The position numbers and the translations under genes were made by a program. A stretch of 47,209 nucleotides of DNA. Source: Candidatus Omnitrophota bacterium. Its GTDB lineage: Bacteria; Omnitrophota; Gorgyraeia; Gygaellales; Profunditerraquicolaceae. Within the stretch, counting starts at the first letter, position 1; each line of letters starts with the position of its first letter. The notes under the pieces were generated by a model that was not told the DNA's origin, did not search any database, and was given only the letters and a program-made list of their open reading frames with translations. The stretch is from positions 1 to 47,209 of the forward strand of contig JAKLQX010000002.1 in assembly GCA_022013085.1 (NCBI GenBank), in the 5' to 3' direction. Of the stretch, positions 1 through 8,799 are shown piece after piece.

Positions 1-584
1 ACCAAAGAATATCCATTAGAATGCAAACCGCTGGATTCAATCCCGATAACCACATCATGCGGCGCGATTTTCTTTCCATCAATAATTTCATCTTTCTCCA
101 CCACGCCCACACAAAAACCAGCAATATCATATTCACCTACTTTATACATTCCCGGCATCTGGGCAGTTTCACCGCCGATTAAAGAACACCCGGCAAGACG
201 GCAACCCTCATTTATCCCCTTAACTACATCCAGTAAAATCTCTTCCTTAGCTTTGCTAAAAGCAATATAATCTAAAAAGAATAACGGCTCAGCGCCAGTG
301 CAAAGAATATCGTTTACATTCATCGCTACCGCGTCAATACCCACAGTATCGTGCTTATTTACTATAGCAGCAATCTTTAACTTTGTTCCTACCCCATCGC
401 TTGAAGAAACCAGAACTGGATTTCTATACTTATTTTTATCCAATTTAAAAAAACTTCCAAAACCTCCGATATCCGTTAAAACCTCACTCCGGAAGGAACT
501 GCGCACCAAAGGCTTAATTTTAGATTTAAAGATACTCGCACTTTTTATATCTACCCCGGATTTCTTATAAGTAATTTTCTTCAT
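1..584 (-). CDS. purM: phosphoribosylformylglycinamidine cyclo-ligase (AIR synthetase), 5' part only; the gene runs off the window start
   Basis: Absent from the ORF track because it is open at the window edge. My reverse-strand translation from ATG 584-582 reads [48 protein letters not shown]...[13 protein letters not shown]...[25 protein letters not shown]...[16 protein letters not shown]. These are PurM-type motifs (DGVGTK, GGETA). Confidence 0.9.
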   Translation of the reverse strand, partial: MKKITYKKSGVDIKSASIFKSKIKPLVRSSFRSEVLTDIGGFGSFFKLDKNKYRNPVLVSSSDGVGTKLKIAAIVNKHDTVGIDAVAMNVNDILCTGAEPLFFLDYIAFSKAKEEILLDVVKGINEGCRLAGCSLIGGETAQMPGMYKVGEYDIAGFCVGVVEKDEIIDGKKIAPHDVVIGIESSGLHSNGYSL

Positions 585-619
585 ATTAATCCTTTTCTTT
601 TTTAGATATACACATAACT

Positions 620-2029
620 CTATTTTACCGCTTTTGCCGGTGATTTCCCAGTCCAGCAATACAAACAAAGCTTATTCTTAGCTAGCCCGATAGCTTTGAT
701 CATATCTTCTAGCTTCTGGAATTTTAAAGTAGTTGCGCCGATGTCCTTAGAGATCCAGGCAACCATCTTTTTATATTCCTTAGAATTTTCATCCAGATAT
801 TTGCATAAACTCTTTGGCTCTTTACCCTCAATAGCCTTAATTGCCCGGCGCGCAGCTAATTCATTAACGCTACGCGTAGAATAATTAAATTTGCAGGGAA
901 ACATTAGCGGCGGACAGGAAATGCGCAAATGAATTTCCTTGGCTCCGTGTTTTTTTAATTTTTGGATGGTATAATTTTTAAGCTGCGTACCGCGCACAAT
1001 GGAATCATCACAAAACACAATCTTCTTGCCTTTAATAATTTCAGGAATAGGAATAAGTTTCATCCTGGCAACTAAATCCCTGCGTTCCTGTGATACAGGA
1101 GTATAACTACGGTCATAACCCGGAGTATATTTTACCAGAGGCCGGCGCAAAGGTATCCCTGACTCCATACTATAACCAATAGCATGAGCAGTACCGGAAT
1201 CTGGTATTCCTGCCACCATATCCGCCTGGACATCGTCGTCTTTGGCCAGTTGCGCCCCACATCTTTCGCGCGAAGCCTCCACATTAATCCCCTCATAACT
1301 AGAAGCCGGAAAACCTGTATAAACCCAGAGAAATGAACAAATTTTATTAGTCTTAGCACCAAAACGTTTTATTTTCAATCCTGTCCGAGTGATTAAAACT
1401 ACTTCCCCCGGCTCAAGGTGCTTTATTAGCTTATATCCTAAATTAAGAAATGCAGATGACTCTGTAGAAACCGCCCAGCTATTGCCTTTTTTACCGATAA
1501 CCAAAGGAGTCAGGCCTAGCCTATCGCGACAGGCATAGATCCCCTCTTTGTTTAAAAGAAGCAACGAGCAAGACCCTTCAATTTTGGCAAAAAATCTTTC
1601 CACGCCATCAACTATATTTTTCCCGGATATAATCATTTTGGCGCAAAGCTCAGTAAAGTTAATTTTTCCTTCAGCTACTTCCACAAAGGATCCGCCTTTT
1701 TTAAATAACCCCTTGGCCAGTTTGTCCGCGTTATCAATATAACCATTAGTCACAATAGCAAAAGGGCCAAGTTTAGAATTCATTACAATCGGCTGTTCAT
1801 CTCTGGCGCTTATTACGCCAATTCCTTTATTCCCCGGCATTTCAAGGTAATCCTCGTAAAATTTGGCTTTAAACTGACTGCCCTTAATATCATGTATCTT
1901 GCGCATAAGCTCCTTGCCATAAACCGCTAAACCTGCAAACTGCGTACCTAAATGCGAATGATAATCCGTTCCGTAATATAAATCCTCACTACAGCTTTTT
2001 TTTGATACGACTCCAAAAATACCGCTCAT
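620..2029 (-). CDS. purF: amidophosphoribosyltransferase-like protein (PurF family) with Ser instead of Cys after the initiator Met
   Basis: 469-aa ORF with a strong SD (GGAGGAAAAATCAA-ATG). It has the PRTase motifs [14 protein letters not shown] and [15 protein letters not shown]. Cys residues at [15 protein letters not shown] and CLYCWTG fit the 4Fe-4S type of PurF. It sits in a pur operon. The N-terminus is MSGIFG rather than MCGI. Confidence 0.8.
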   Translation of the reverse strand: MSGIFGVVSKKSCSEDLYYGTDYHSHLGTQFAGLAVYGKELMRKIHDIKGSQFKAKFYEDYLEMPGNKGIGVISARDEQPIVMNSKLGPFAIVTNGYIDNADKLAKGLFKKGGSFVEVAEGKINFTELCAKMIISGKNIVDGVERFFAKIEGSCSLLLLNKEGIYACRDRLGLTPLVIGKKGNSWAVSTESSAFLNLGYKLIKHLEPGEVVLITRTGLKIKRFGAKTNKICSFLWVYTGFPASSYEGINVEASRERCGAQLAKDDDVQADMVAGIPDSGTAHAIGYSMESGIPLRRPLVKYTPGYDRSYTPVSQERRDLVARMKLIPIPEIIKGKKIVFCDDSIVRGTQLKNYTIQKLKKHGAKEIHLRISCPPLMFPCKFNYSTRSVNELAARRAIKAIEGKEPKSLCKYLDENSKEYKKMVAWISKDIGATTLKFQKLEDMIKAIGLAKNKLCLYCWTGKSPAKAVK

Positions 2030-2047
2030 TTGATTTTTCCTCCGTAA

Positions 2048-2701
2048 TTAACCCCGGTAAAATTTCTTAATCGCGTTGGCTACCTCTTTAGGTTTATCTA
2101 CAACTGTAAAAATATCTAAATCTTTTTTACTGATATTGCCATGCTTAAAAACGGCCTGCTTAAGCCAACCCAACAGCCCCTTCCAATATTCACTTCCAAC
2201 CAAAATCACGGGAAATTTAGAAATCCTTTCAGTCTGGATAAGAGTAACTGCCTCAAGAAGTTCATCAAGGGTACCATAGCCTCCGGGCATAATCACAAAG
2301 GCCTTGGCATATTTTACAAACATCACCTTCCTGACGAAAAAATAGCGAAAATCTAAAAGCATGTCTACATATTGATTTGGCTTTTGGGCGTAAGGTATCT
2401 GGATATTTAAACCTATTGATTGGCCTTTGGCGCGCTTGGCGCCTCTATTTGCCGCCTCCATTAAACCCGGACCGCTTCCGGTAATCACAGAATATCCTGC
2501 TTTAGCTATATGATAGGCAACTTCTTCGGCTAATTTATAATACTTTGTCCCAGGCTTAGTTCTGGCTGAACCAAATATGGAAACTGCTTTTCCGACCTTA
2601 GAAAGCACTTCAAAGCCTTCCACAAACTCAGACATGATCCGAAAAACGCGCCAGGGGTCTTCAGTAACAAACTCCGTATCCAGATTAATATTATTCTTCA
2701 T
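2048..2701 (-). CDS. LOG / TIGR00730-family (lysine-decarboxylase-like) nucleotide phosphoribohydrolase
   Basis: Motifs GSGPGLMEAANRGA and PGGYGTLDEL. I moved the start to Met18 of the track ORF (ATG at 2701), which has AAGGAG upstream. The longer form (2752) adds an unconserved-looking MSFKESHLFSCERRFKA. Confidence 0.8.
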   Translation of the reverse strand: MKNNINLDTEFVTEDPWRVFRIMSEFVEGFEVLSKVGKAVSIFGSARTKPGTKYYKLAEEVAYHIAKAGYSVITGSGPGLMEAANRGAKRAKGQSIGLNIQIPYAQKPNQYVDMLLDFRYFFVRKVMFVKYAKAFVIMPGGYGTLDELLEAVTLIQTERISKFPVILVGSEYWKGLLGWLKQAVFKHGNISKKDLDIFTVVDKPKEVANAIKKFYRG

Positions 2702-2783
2702 CGCCTTAAATCTCCTTTCGCAAGAAAAGAGATGGCTTTCTTTAAAAGACAAGCCATCTCTTTTCCTCTTTCAAGCTTTCTTA

Positions 2784-5000
2784 TTAAAGGTAGCTTTCAA
2801 TTGCCCTGCTCCAGGCCTTGTAAAAATCATTAACCGTTTTATTGATTAACCGGTTAATAACCAGCCTATTGCCTCCGACCTTGCCGATTACGGCAAGCGG
2901 AGTTTTATTCTTCTTAGCGATTTGCAATATCTTTTTTACGTCTTTAGCTTTAGCGCTCAAGATAATCCTGGACTGAGACTCGCCGAATAAAAGCGCATCC
3001 TTCCTTATTTTCCCCGAATCCAGGTTAATTACTGCGCCTATTTTTTTAGCAGGATTGCTCATGCAGGCTTCGGCTAAGGCTACGGCTAAACCGCCTTCGG
3101 AACAATCGTGCGCAGATTTAACTAAACCTTTTTCTATAGCCTCCAGTGCCGTCTTCTGTACGCTCTTTTCCAACTTTAAATCTAAAGAAGGACAAGCACC
3201 CCTCTTTAAACCATGGACGGTTTTTAAATATTCGCTGCCGCCTAATTCTTCTTTATTTTTACCGAGCAGCAGAATTACATCCCCGCTATTTTTAAAATAC
3301 AGAGTTACGGCTTTGGATTTATCTTTCAACAATCCCACCATGCCTACAATCGGAGTAGGATCAACTGAACCCTTAGGGTTCTCGTTGTTAAAACTGACGT
3401 TGCCACTGACTACCGGCGTATTCAAGCTCCGGCAGGCCTTGCTAATACCTAAAACCACCTGCTTAAACTGCCAGAAAACTTCCGGATTCTTAGGATTACC
3501 GAAGTTTAACCCGTCGGTAATCGCTAAGGGCTTGGCGCCTGAACAGACGATATTCCTGGCTGCTTCAGCTACGCAAATCTGCCCGCCTACAAAAGGATCG
3601 AGATAGCAATAGGTAGAGTTACAATCCGTGGTAGCGGCAATCGCTTTTTTGGTTCCGGGGACAAGCGCTATTCCGGCATCAGAGCCGCCGGGTGCGACCA
3701 CTACAGCCTTGGCAACTTTGGCATCGCCATGTTTAAATACCCATCCTTTACTGGCAATGGTTGGATTGCTTAAAAGCTTAATAAGCGTGCGATTACAATC
3801 CCCGGGCTCTTTTATACTGGCTAAATTTAGCTTATTAACCTTAGCTAAATATTTCGGCCTGGAAGCTTTACGCTGATATACCGGCGTTTCAACCAAGGAA
3901 GCGGCAGGCACTTCTGCGACTACCTCTCCGTTTTCCTTAACCCGCACCATACCGTCGCCGGTAACGTGGCCGATTACATCCACAGGAACCTTCCATTTAG
4001 AAAGGATGTTTTCTACTTGTTTTAATCTTTCCTTAGTAACAATCACTAACATCCTCTCCTGTGATTCAGAAAGCATAATTTCATACGCATTCATGCCTTC
4101 TTCTTTGCGGGGAACTAAGGCAATATCAATTTCTATACCTGTATTCGCCTTATAGGAAGTCTCACAGGTGGAACATATTAACCCGGCAGCGCCCATATCC
4201 TGCATACCGACAACCAAACCCTTATGTATTAATTCCAGGCAAGCCTTTCTAAGAATCAATCCCATTTTGGGATCGCCTATAGCCACAGCTGAGCTGTTTT
4301 TATTCGCTTCTGCGCTTAATCCTGCGGAGGCAAAAGCAGCTCCCGCTACGCCGTCCCTTCCAGTTGCTCCGCCGATAATCAAGACTAAGTTGCCCACTCC
4401 ACTAGCCCGGGCTTTAACTAATTCCTTATTCTTCACTACACCTACGGTCATGGCATTAACCAGGGGATTGCCTTCAAAAGATTCGTCAAAATAAATTTCA
4501 CCGCCTAAAACAGGCATCTCTACTATATTAGCGTAATCAGTAAAACCGCGGATAATATTCTTGAATAAAAATTTGACCCGGCTGTTTTCCAACCTGCCAA
4601 GGCGCAAAGAATCCAAAAGGCCTATTGGCTTAGCACCCATGGTAAAGATATCCCTGATGCAGCCGCCGCCGCCGGTAGCTGAAGCAGCATATGGCTCGAC
4701 TGCCGAAGGATGATTATGTGATTCAACCTTAAACACTACGCCCATACCGTCGCCGATATCTACAACTCCGGCATTTTCGCCGGGCCCCTCGATTACCTGT
4801 TTGCCTTTGGTAGGAAAAAGTTTCAGTACGGGTTTTGAATTCTTATAAGAACAATGTTCGCTCCACATCGCTGAAAAAAGGCCTAATTCCGTATAGTTGA
4901 GTTCGCGGCCGAGGCGTTTTTTAATCATATTATACTCTTCCATGGTCAGGCCTTCTTTTTCGATTATCTCTTTTGTTACGATGATATCGTTACCAGACAT
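2784..5000 (-). CDS. purL: phosphoribosylformylglycinamidine synthase subunit II
   Basis: 738 aa. It has the small-PurL layout and motifs (VESHNHPSAVEPY, GGATGRDG) and lies in a pur operon. Confidence 0.95.
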   Translation of the reverse strand: MSGNDIIVTKEIIEKEGLTMEEYNMIKKRLGRELNYTELGLFSAMWSEHCSYKNSKPVLKLFPTKGKQVIEGPGENAGVVDIGDGMGVVFKVESHNHPSAVEPYAASATGGGGCIRDIFTMGAKPIGLLDSLRLGRLENSRVKFLFKNIIRGFTDYANIVEMPVLGGEIYFDESFEGNPLVNAMTVGVVKNKELVKARASGVGNLVLIIGGATGRDGVAGAAFASAGLSAEANKNSSAVAIGDPKMGLILRKACLELIHKGLVVGMQDMGAAGLICSTCETSYKANTGIEIDIALVPRKEEGMNAYEIMLSESQERMLVIVTKERLKQVENILSKWKVPVDVIGHVTGDGMVRVKENGEVVAEVPAASLVETPVYQRKASRPKYLAKVNKLNLASIKEPGDCNRTLIKLLSNPTIASKGWVFKHGDAKVAKAVVVAPGGSDAGIALVPGTKKAIAATTDCNSTYCYLDPFVGGQICVAEAARNIVCSGAKPLAITDGLNFGNPKNPEVFWQFKQVVLGISKACRSLNTPVVSGNVSFNNENPKGSVDPTPIVGMVGLLKDKSKAVTLYFKNSGDVILLLGKNKEELGGSEYLKTVHGLKRGACPSLDLKLEKSVQKTALEAIEKGLVKSAHDCSEGGLAVALAEACMSNPAKKIGAVINLDSGKIRKDALLFGESQSRIILSAKAKDVKKILQIAKKNKTPLAVIGKVGGNRLVINRLINKTVNDFYKAWSRAIESYL

Positions 5001-5237
5001 TTAAAACTCCTTTCAAAAAATAAAGCAACTTTTATTTTTATTAACCTTAATTAAACGGATTTCTACATCCTTGTAGGGAACTTTACGTTTTCTGCGCCAT
5101 TGCAGATATTCTCGGAGCGCCTGCGCGCCGCTTAATATTCACTTAGATCTTTGGAGGGGGTGATTTTACCCGATCTATAAAAGCTAACTCCTTTTTTCGC
5201 CTATTGATAAATTGCTGTGTCAAGATCCCGCTTATTG

Positions 5238-6533
5238 CTATTTCGAGAAAACGCGGGAAAAAATCTTATTTACATTGCGTAGATAAAAATCCAGATCAAA
5301 TAACTTATCCAATTCTTTCGCGCTTAAGTATTTAGCTGCCTGCTTATCAGATAAAAGATTAGCTTTAAAGTTACTAGTGCCTTGCCAAGTTTGCATCGCT
5401 GCCTTTTGAACTAAATCATACGCCTTGGTGCGGGCTAAGCCTTTATTCATTAAAGTAATTAATACCCGCTGCGAAAAAATTAATCCGCGCGTCTTGGCCA
5501 AATTAGATAGCATATTATCCGGATACACCTTCAAACCGCTGATTACTTCAATAAATTTATTCAACATATAGTCCAAAGCTAAAGTGGAATCCGGAAAAAT
5601 TATTCGCTCCACCGAAGAATGGCTGATATCACGTTCATGCCAGAGCGCCACATTCTCCAGAGCTACCTGCGCATTTGCACGCAAGAGACGCGCTAAACCG
5701 CAGATACGCTCACAGATTACCGGATTGCGTTTATGCGGCATCGCACTTGAACCCTTTTGGCCCTTAGCAAAAGGTTCTTCTGCCTCTAAAACTTCTGTTT
5801 TCTGTAAATGCCTGATCTCAGTAGCAAATTTTTCTAAAGATGCGCCAATTACTGCCAAAGTTACCATATATTGTGCATATACATCCCGTTGTATTACTTG
5901 CGTGGCGATATGCACCGGCTTAAGCCCCAGCTTTTTGCATACATAGCTCTCTACAAAAGGGTCAATATTAGAATATGTCCCCACAGCTCCGGAAAGTTTT
6001 CCTACGGAAACTGCATTTTTAGCTTGTTTTAGCCGAGCCAGATTACGCAGAGTTTCATCATACATCAACGCAATCTTTAAGCCAAATGTAGTAGGCTCAG
6101 CGTGCACCCCATGCGTGCGCCCGATACAAACCATATCTTTATAATCTATAGCCTTTTTGGCTAAAACCTTTAACAGCTCCTCTAAATCCTTAATCAATAT
6201 ATCAGAAGCAGCGTTTAATTGTACCCCTAGCGTAGTATCCAGGATATCAGAAGAAGTAAGCCCCATATGCAAATACTGAGCATCTTTTCCTATATATTGG
6301 GCTACGTTAGAAACAAAAGCCACAACATCATGTTGTGTCTTAGCTTCTATTTTAGCTATTTGGCAAAGGTTAAACTTGGCTTTTTCTTTAATACGCTTTA
6401 CTGCTTGTAGCGGGACAATTTTTTTCTGAGAGTAGGCCTCTAAAACGAGTATCTCGATAAGCAGCATAGTTTTAAACTTAAACTCTTCCTGCCAGATACT
6501 CTTCATTTGCGGTAGGCTATAACGTTCAATCAT
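5238..6533 (-). CDS. purB: adenylosuccinate lyase
   Basis: 431 aa with the fumarate-lyase superfamily signature GSSAMPHKRNP and a PurB-like N-terminus (MIERYSLPQM). Confidence 0.95.
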   Translation of the reverse strand: MIERYSLPQMKSIWQEEFKFKTMLLIEILVLEAYSQKKIVPLQAVKRIKEKAKFNLCQIAKIEAKTQHDVVAFVSNVAQYIGKDAQYLHMGLTSSDILDTTLGVQLNAASDILIKDLEELLKVLAKKAIDYKDMVCIGRTHGVHAEPTTFGLKIALMYDETLRNLARLKQAKNAVSVGKLSGAVGTYSNIDPFVESYVCKKLGLKPVHIATQVIQRDVYAQYMVTLAVIGASLEKFATEIRHLQKTEVLEAEEPFAKGQKGSSAMPHKRNPVICERICGLARLLRANAQVALENVALWHERDISHSSVERIIFPDSTLALDYMLNKFIEVISGLKVYPDNMLSNLAKTRGLIFSQRVLITLMNKGLARTKAYDLVQKAAMQTWQGTSNFKANLLSDKQAAKYLSAKELDKLFDLDFYLRNVNKIFSRVFSK

Positions 6534-6563
6534 GCGAGGCCCTCTTATCTTTCTAAGGAATTA

Positions 6564-6592
6564 ATTATACCAGAAAGTATGATTTTAAGCAA
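6564..6592 (-). promoter_or_regulatory. candidate sigma70-type promoter of purB (TTGCTT-N17-TGgTATAAT on the minus strand)
   Basis: The minus strand reads TTGCTT (6592-6587), a 17-nt spacer ending in TGG, then TATAAT (6569-6564), about 30 nt upstream of the purB ATG. Confidence 0.45.
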
Positions 6593-6606
6593 ATAAAAAT
6601 GATTGC

Positions 6607-6688
6607 GCGGGTCCTGCCTGCTTAAGCCACCTCTGCGTGCTCACTTTTCGTTGCGCGCGGCAAGAGCTTCGTCTCGGCAGTCACCCGC
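6607..6688. repeat. GC-rich imperfect 82-nt hairpin lying between two divergent promoters; contains the CCTGCCTGC motif
   Basis: Pairings seen by eye: GCGGGT(6607-6612)/ACCCGC(6683-6688); CTGCC(6614-6618)/GGCAG(6676-6680); GCC(6626-6628)/GGC(6659-6661); GCGTGC(6635-6640)/GCGCGC(6653-6658), with one G-U only if read as plus-strand RNA. Confidence 0.5.
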
Positions 6689-6707
6689 TAATAATAGAAA
6701 TCTAATG

Positions 6708-6735
6708 TTGCAATCCGAATATTTTAGAATATAAT
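6708..6735 (+). promoter_or_regulatory. candidate sigma70-type promoter (TTGCAA-N16-TATAAT) of the PpiD-like gene
   Basis: TTGCAA at 6708-6713, a 16-nt spacer, TATAAT at 6730-6735, then GGAGG and the ATG at 6761. Confidence 0.5.
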
Positions 6736-6760
6736 TAATGAATATAACGGAGGAAAAGAA

Positions 6761-7894
6761 ATGTTAAGAATATTACGCAACAAGAAAACCGCTAAAAAAA
6801 TCTGGATCGGCCTGGCCATAATCATCATCCCCGCCTTCGCCCTTTGGGGATTTGGCAGTTCAGGTAGTAGCCGCGAAGAAAATATGCCTGCCGGCAAAAT
6901 CTTCGGCAAAAACGTCTCCACCCTGGAATTTAAAAAAGCCCTGGCTGCCGCAAAAACCGCGGCTATCTTGCAGTTCGGAGATAAATTCTCTGAGGTTGAA
7001 AAATATCTAAACTTAGAGACGCAGGCCTGGGAAAGATTGATACTTCTAGAGGAAGCAAAAAGGCGTAAATTAAGCATAAACGACCGAGAGGTCGTTGACA
7101 CCATTCAAAAAGCGTCTTATTTCCAAAACAAAGGTGCCTTTGATAATAAAACATATATGGAAATCCTGCGTTATGTCTTTCGTTTGCAACCGCGCACTTT
7201 CGAAGAACAGATGCGCCAAAACCTGATTCTGGCTAAACTTTACAACCAGATTACCGAAGGCATAAAAATAGAGGATAGCCAAATCCGCCAGGAATGGCTA
7301 AAAACAAATGAGGAGTTAAGCATTTATTACATTGCCAGTTTATTTGCTGAATTTGCCAAAAAGATTAAACCGGACAATAAAAAAATCTCCGCCTATTATA
7401 ATAAAGAAAACATCATTAAAGAACCTCCAATCGTAAATAAAGAAAAGAAACCCGCTCGTGTTCCAGAATCAGCAGAAGTAAAAAACAGGATTAAAGAAAC
7501 CATCATTAAGGAAGAATCAGCCAAAACCGCCCAGGATAAAATAAATGAGTGTGCTGAAAAATTAAAAAGCAAACCGTTTGATCAGGTAGTCAAAACCAGC
7601 AAGCCTGGTTTAAAGACCGGCCAAACTAAATTTTTTAAATCTAGCGATAAAATTGACAACCTCGGTCCAGCGCAGATCTTCTGGGAAACGGCAAAGAAAT
7701 TAAAAGAAAACCAGGTAAGCGATATATTTTCTGACGCTGCAGGCTACTACATTATTAAGCTTAAAGCAACCAAGCCTGTTGATGAAGACAAATTCACTAA
7801 AGAAAAGAATGAACTTGGTGAAAATTTATTAAACCAGGAGAAAAACAAGGTTTTTGCTAAGTTTACCGAAGAGATCAAGAAAAAAGCGCAATAA
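6761..7894 (+). CDS. PpiD/SurA-like periplasmic chaperone with an N-terminal membrane anchor
   Basis: The N-terminus MLRILRNKKTAKKIWIGLAIIIIPAFALWG is typical of PpiD-like proteins (short basic head plus one TM segment). A SurA-N-like helical region follows. I did not recognise a clear parvulin signature. Confidence 0.55.
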   Translation: MLRILRNKKTAKKIWIGLAIIIIPAFALWGFGSSGSSREENMPAGKIFGKNVSTLEFKKALAAAKTAAILQFGDKFSEVEKYLNLETQAWERLILLEEAKRRKLSINDREVVDTIQKASYFQNKGAFDNKTYMEILRYVFRLQPRTFEEQMRQNLILAKLYNQITEGIKIEDSQIRQEWLKTNEELSIYYIASLFAEFAKKIKPDNKKISAYYNKENIIKEPPIVNKEKKPARVPESAEVKNRIKETIIKEESAKTAQDKINECAEKLKSKPFDQVVKTSKPGLKTGQTKFFKSSDKIDNLGPAQIFWETAKKLKENQVSDIFSDAAGYYIIKLKATKPVDEDKFTKEKNELGENLLNQEKNKVFAKFTEEIKKKAQ

Positions 7895-7909
7895 TAGATT
7901 GTAAAACAT

Positions 7910-7956
7910 GGGGACGGTTCTATTTAATTAAATAGAACCGTCCCCTTTATTTTTTT
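7910..7956. terminator. bidirectional intrinsic terminator between convergent genes
   Basis: Perfect 36-nt palindrome GGGGACGGTTCTATTTAA|TTAAATAGAACCGTCCCC (7910-7945) followed by TTTATTTTTTT on the plus strand. The minus strand has the weaker tail ATGTTTTAC. Confidence 0.8.
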
Positions 7957-7970
7957 CCCCAATTATTTTA

Positions 7971-8156
7971 TTAAGCGCTTATTTTTATTGAGTTAACCGG
8001 GCAAGAATCCGCTACTTCCTGCAGATTACAAGATGCACAAACCTGCGCCTTTACATGAGCAATACCATCACCTTGTACTTGAAAAACATCCGGACATGAC
8101 TGCTCGCATAAACCACAACCTACACATGTAGAAACATCAACTGTAATTTTTCCCAT
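7971..8156 (-). CDS. small 4Fe-4S/3Fe-4S ferredoxin
   Basis: MGKITVDVSTCVGCGLCEQSCPDVFQ...CASCNLQEVADSCP. I placed the start at the internal ATG (8156), preceded by AAGGAGAG. The 80-aa track version starts at a GTG (8213) without an SD. Confidence 0.8.
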   Translation of the reverse strand: MGKITVDVSTCVGCGLCEQSCPDVFQVQGDGIAHVKAQVCASCNLQEVADSCPVNSIKISA

Positions 8157-8262
8157 TTTACTCTCCTTGCTCACAAGGGCACACCCGCACAATTTTCGCC
8201 ACCAGGCGAACACTGGCCCAATTCCTATCGGGGCCAGATACCTTGCTTAACGCGGGGTGTTC

Positions 8263-8742
8263 TTATCTTTCCAACAAATTCTCAAACATCTCTTCGTGGC
8301 TTACTTCTTCACTCAATATATGCGTAACTAACTGATAAGTAACATTATCTTTGCCAAATGTCTTCTTAGCAATTTTGTTGTAAACCTCAATTGCCCCTGC
8401 TTCTGCCTCGGCAACAATACGTATAATCCGGTTAAGATCAGCGGTATTTTTCGGTGGCATAAGAAAAGCGGCATTAGCGCCCTTTTCTAAATCAGAAGGG
8501 TTAGCTACCGGGATATCACCCAATTTTGTAATTAAATCCGCTAATTCACCTGCATGTTCTAATTCATCTTTAGCTAATTTCTCAAGCATTTCCTGCATAT
8601 CTTCATAAGCACGGCCAGAAACTGTCTTAGCCATATACCAGTAAAGATAAAATGCCAACCATTCGTCGCAATACGCCTTATTTAAATCTTTAACTAGATC
8701 CTTTAAGCTTAAATCTACGATTGCCCTTGCCTGCTTTCCCAT
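8263..8742 (-). CDS. ferritin-like (Dps-like/bacterioferritin-like) four-helix-bundle protein
   Basis: 159 aa with paired E..H-type di-iron motifs (KDELEHAGELADLI and SEEVSHEEMFENLL). Confidence 0.65.
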   Translation of the reverse strand: MGKQARAIVDLSLKDLVKDLNKAYCDEWLAFYLYWYMAKTVSGRAYEDMQEMLEKLAKDELEHAGELADLITKLGDIPVANPSDLEKGANAAFLMPPKNTADLNRIIRIVAEAEAGAIEVYNKIAKKTFGKDNVTYQLVTHILSEEVSHEEMFENLLER

Positions 8743-8799
8743 TTCTAACCTCCCTGCGCAGCAGCGCGTACCGGCTCATCCGATAAAGCCGGGTATTTC

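Noticed and set aside
3055-3606. Long plus-strand ORFs lying antisense within minus-strand genes. Examples are 3055-3606, 4168-4494, 5584-5946, 19422-19790, 22411-22791, 27243-27545, 27942-28253, 30477-30770, 35045-35449 and 35729-36094.
   Set aside because: Each lies entirely inside a well-supported conserved gene on the opposite strand. They have low-complexity, Ser/Pro/Leu-rich 'shadow' composition, no SD and no recognisable motif.
8157-8213. N-terminal extensions in the ORF track. These include 7971-8213, 2048-2752, 11203-11799, 14360-14917, 22395-23936 and 44561-45787.
   Set aside because: The extensions lack an SD, overlap upstream genes or hairpins, and add non-conserved residues. Internal starts with an SD give canonical N-termini.
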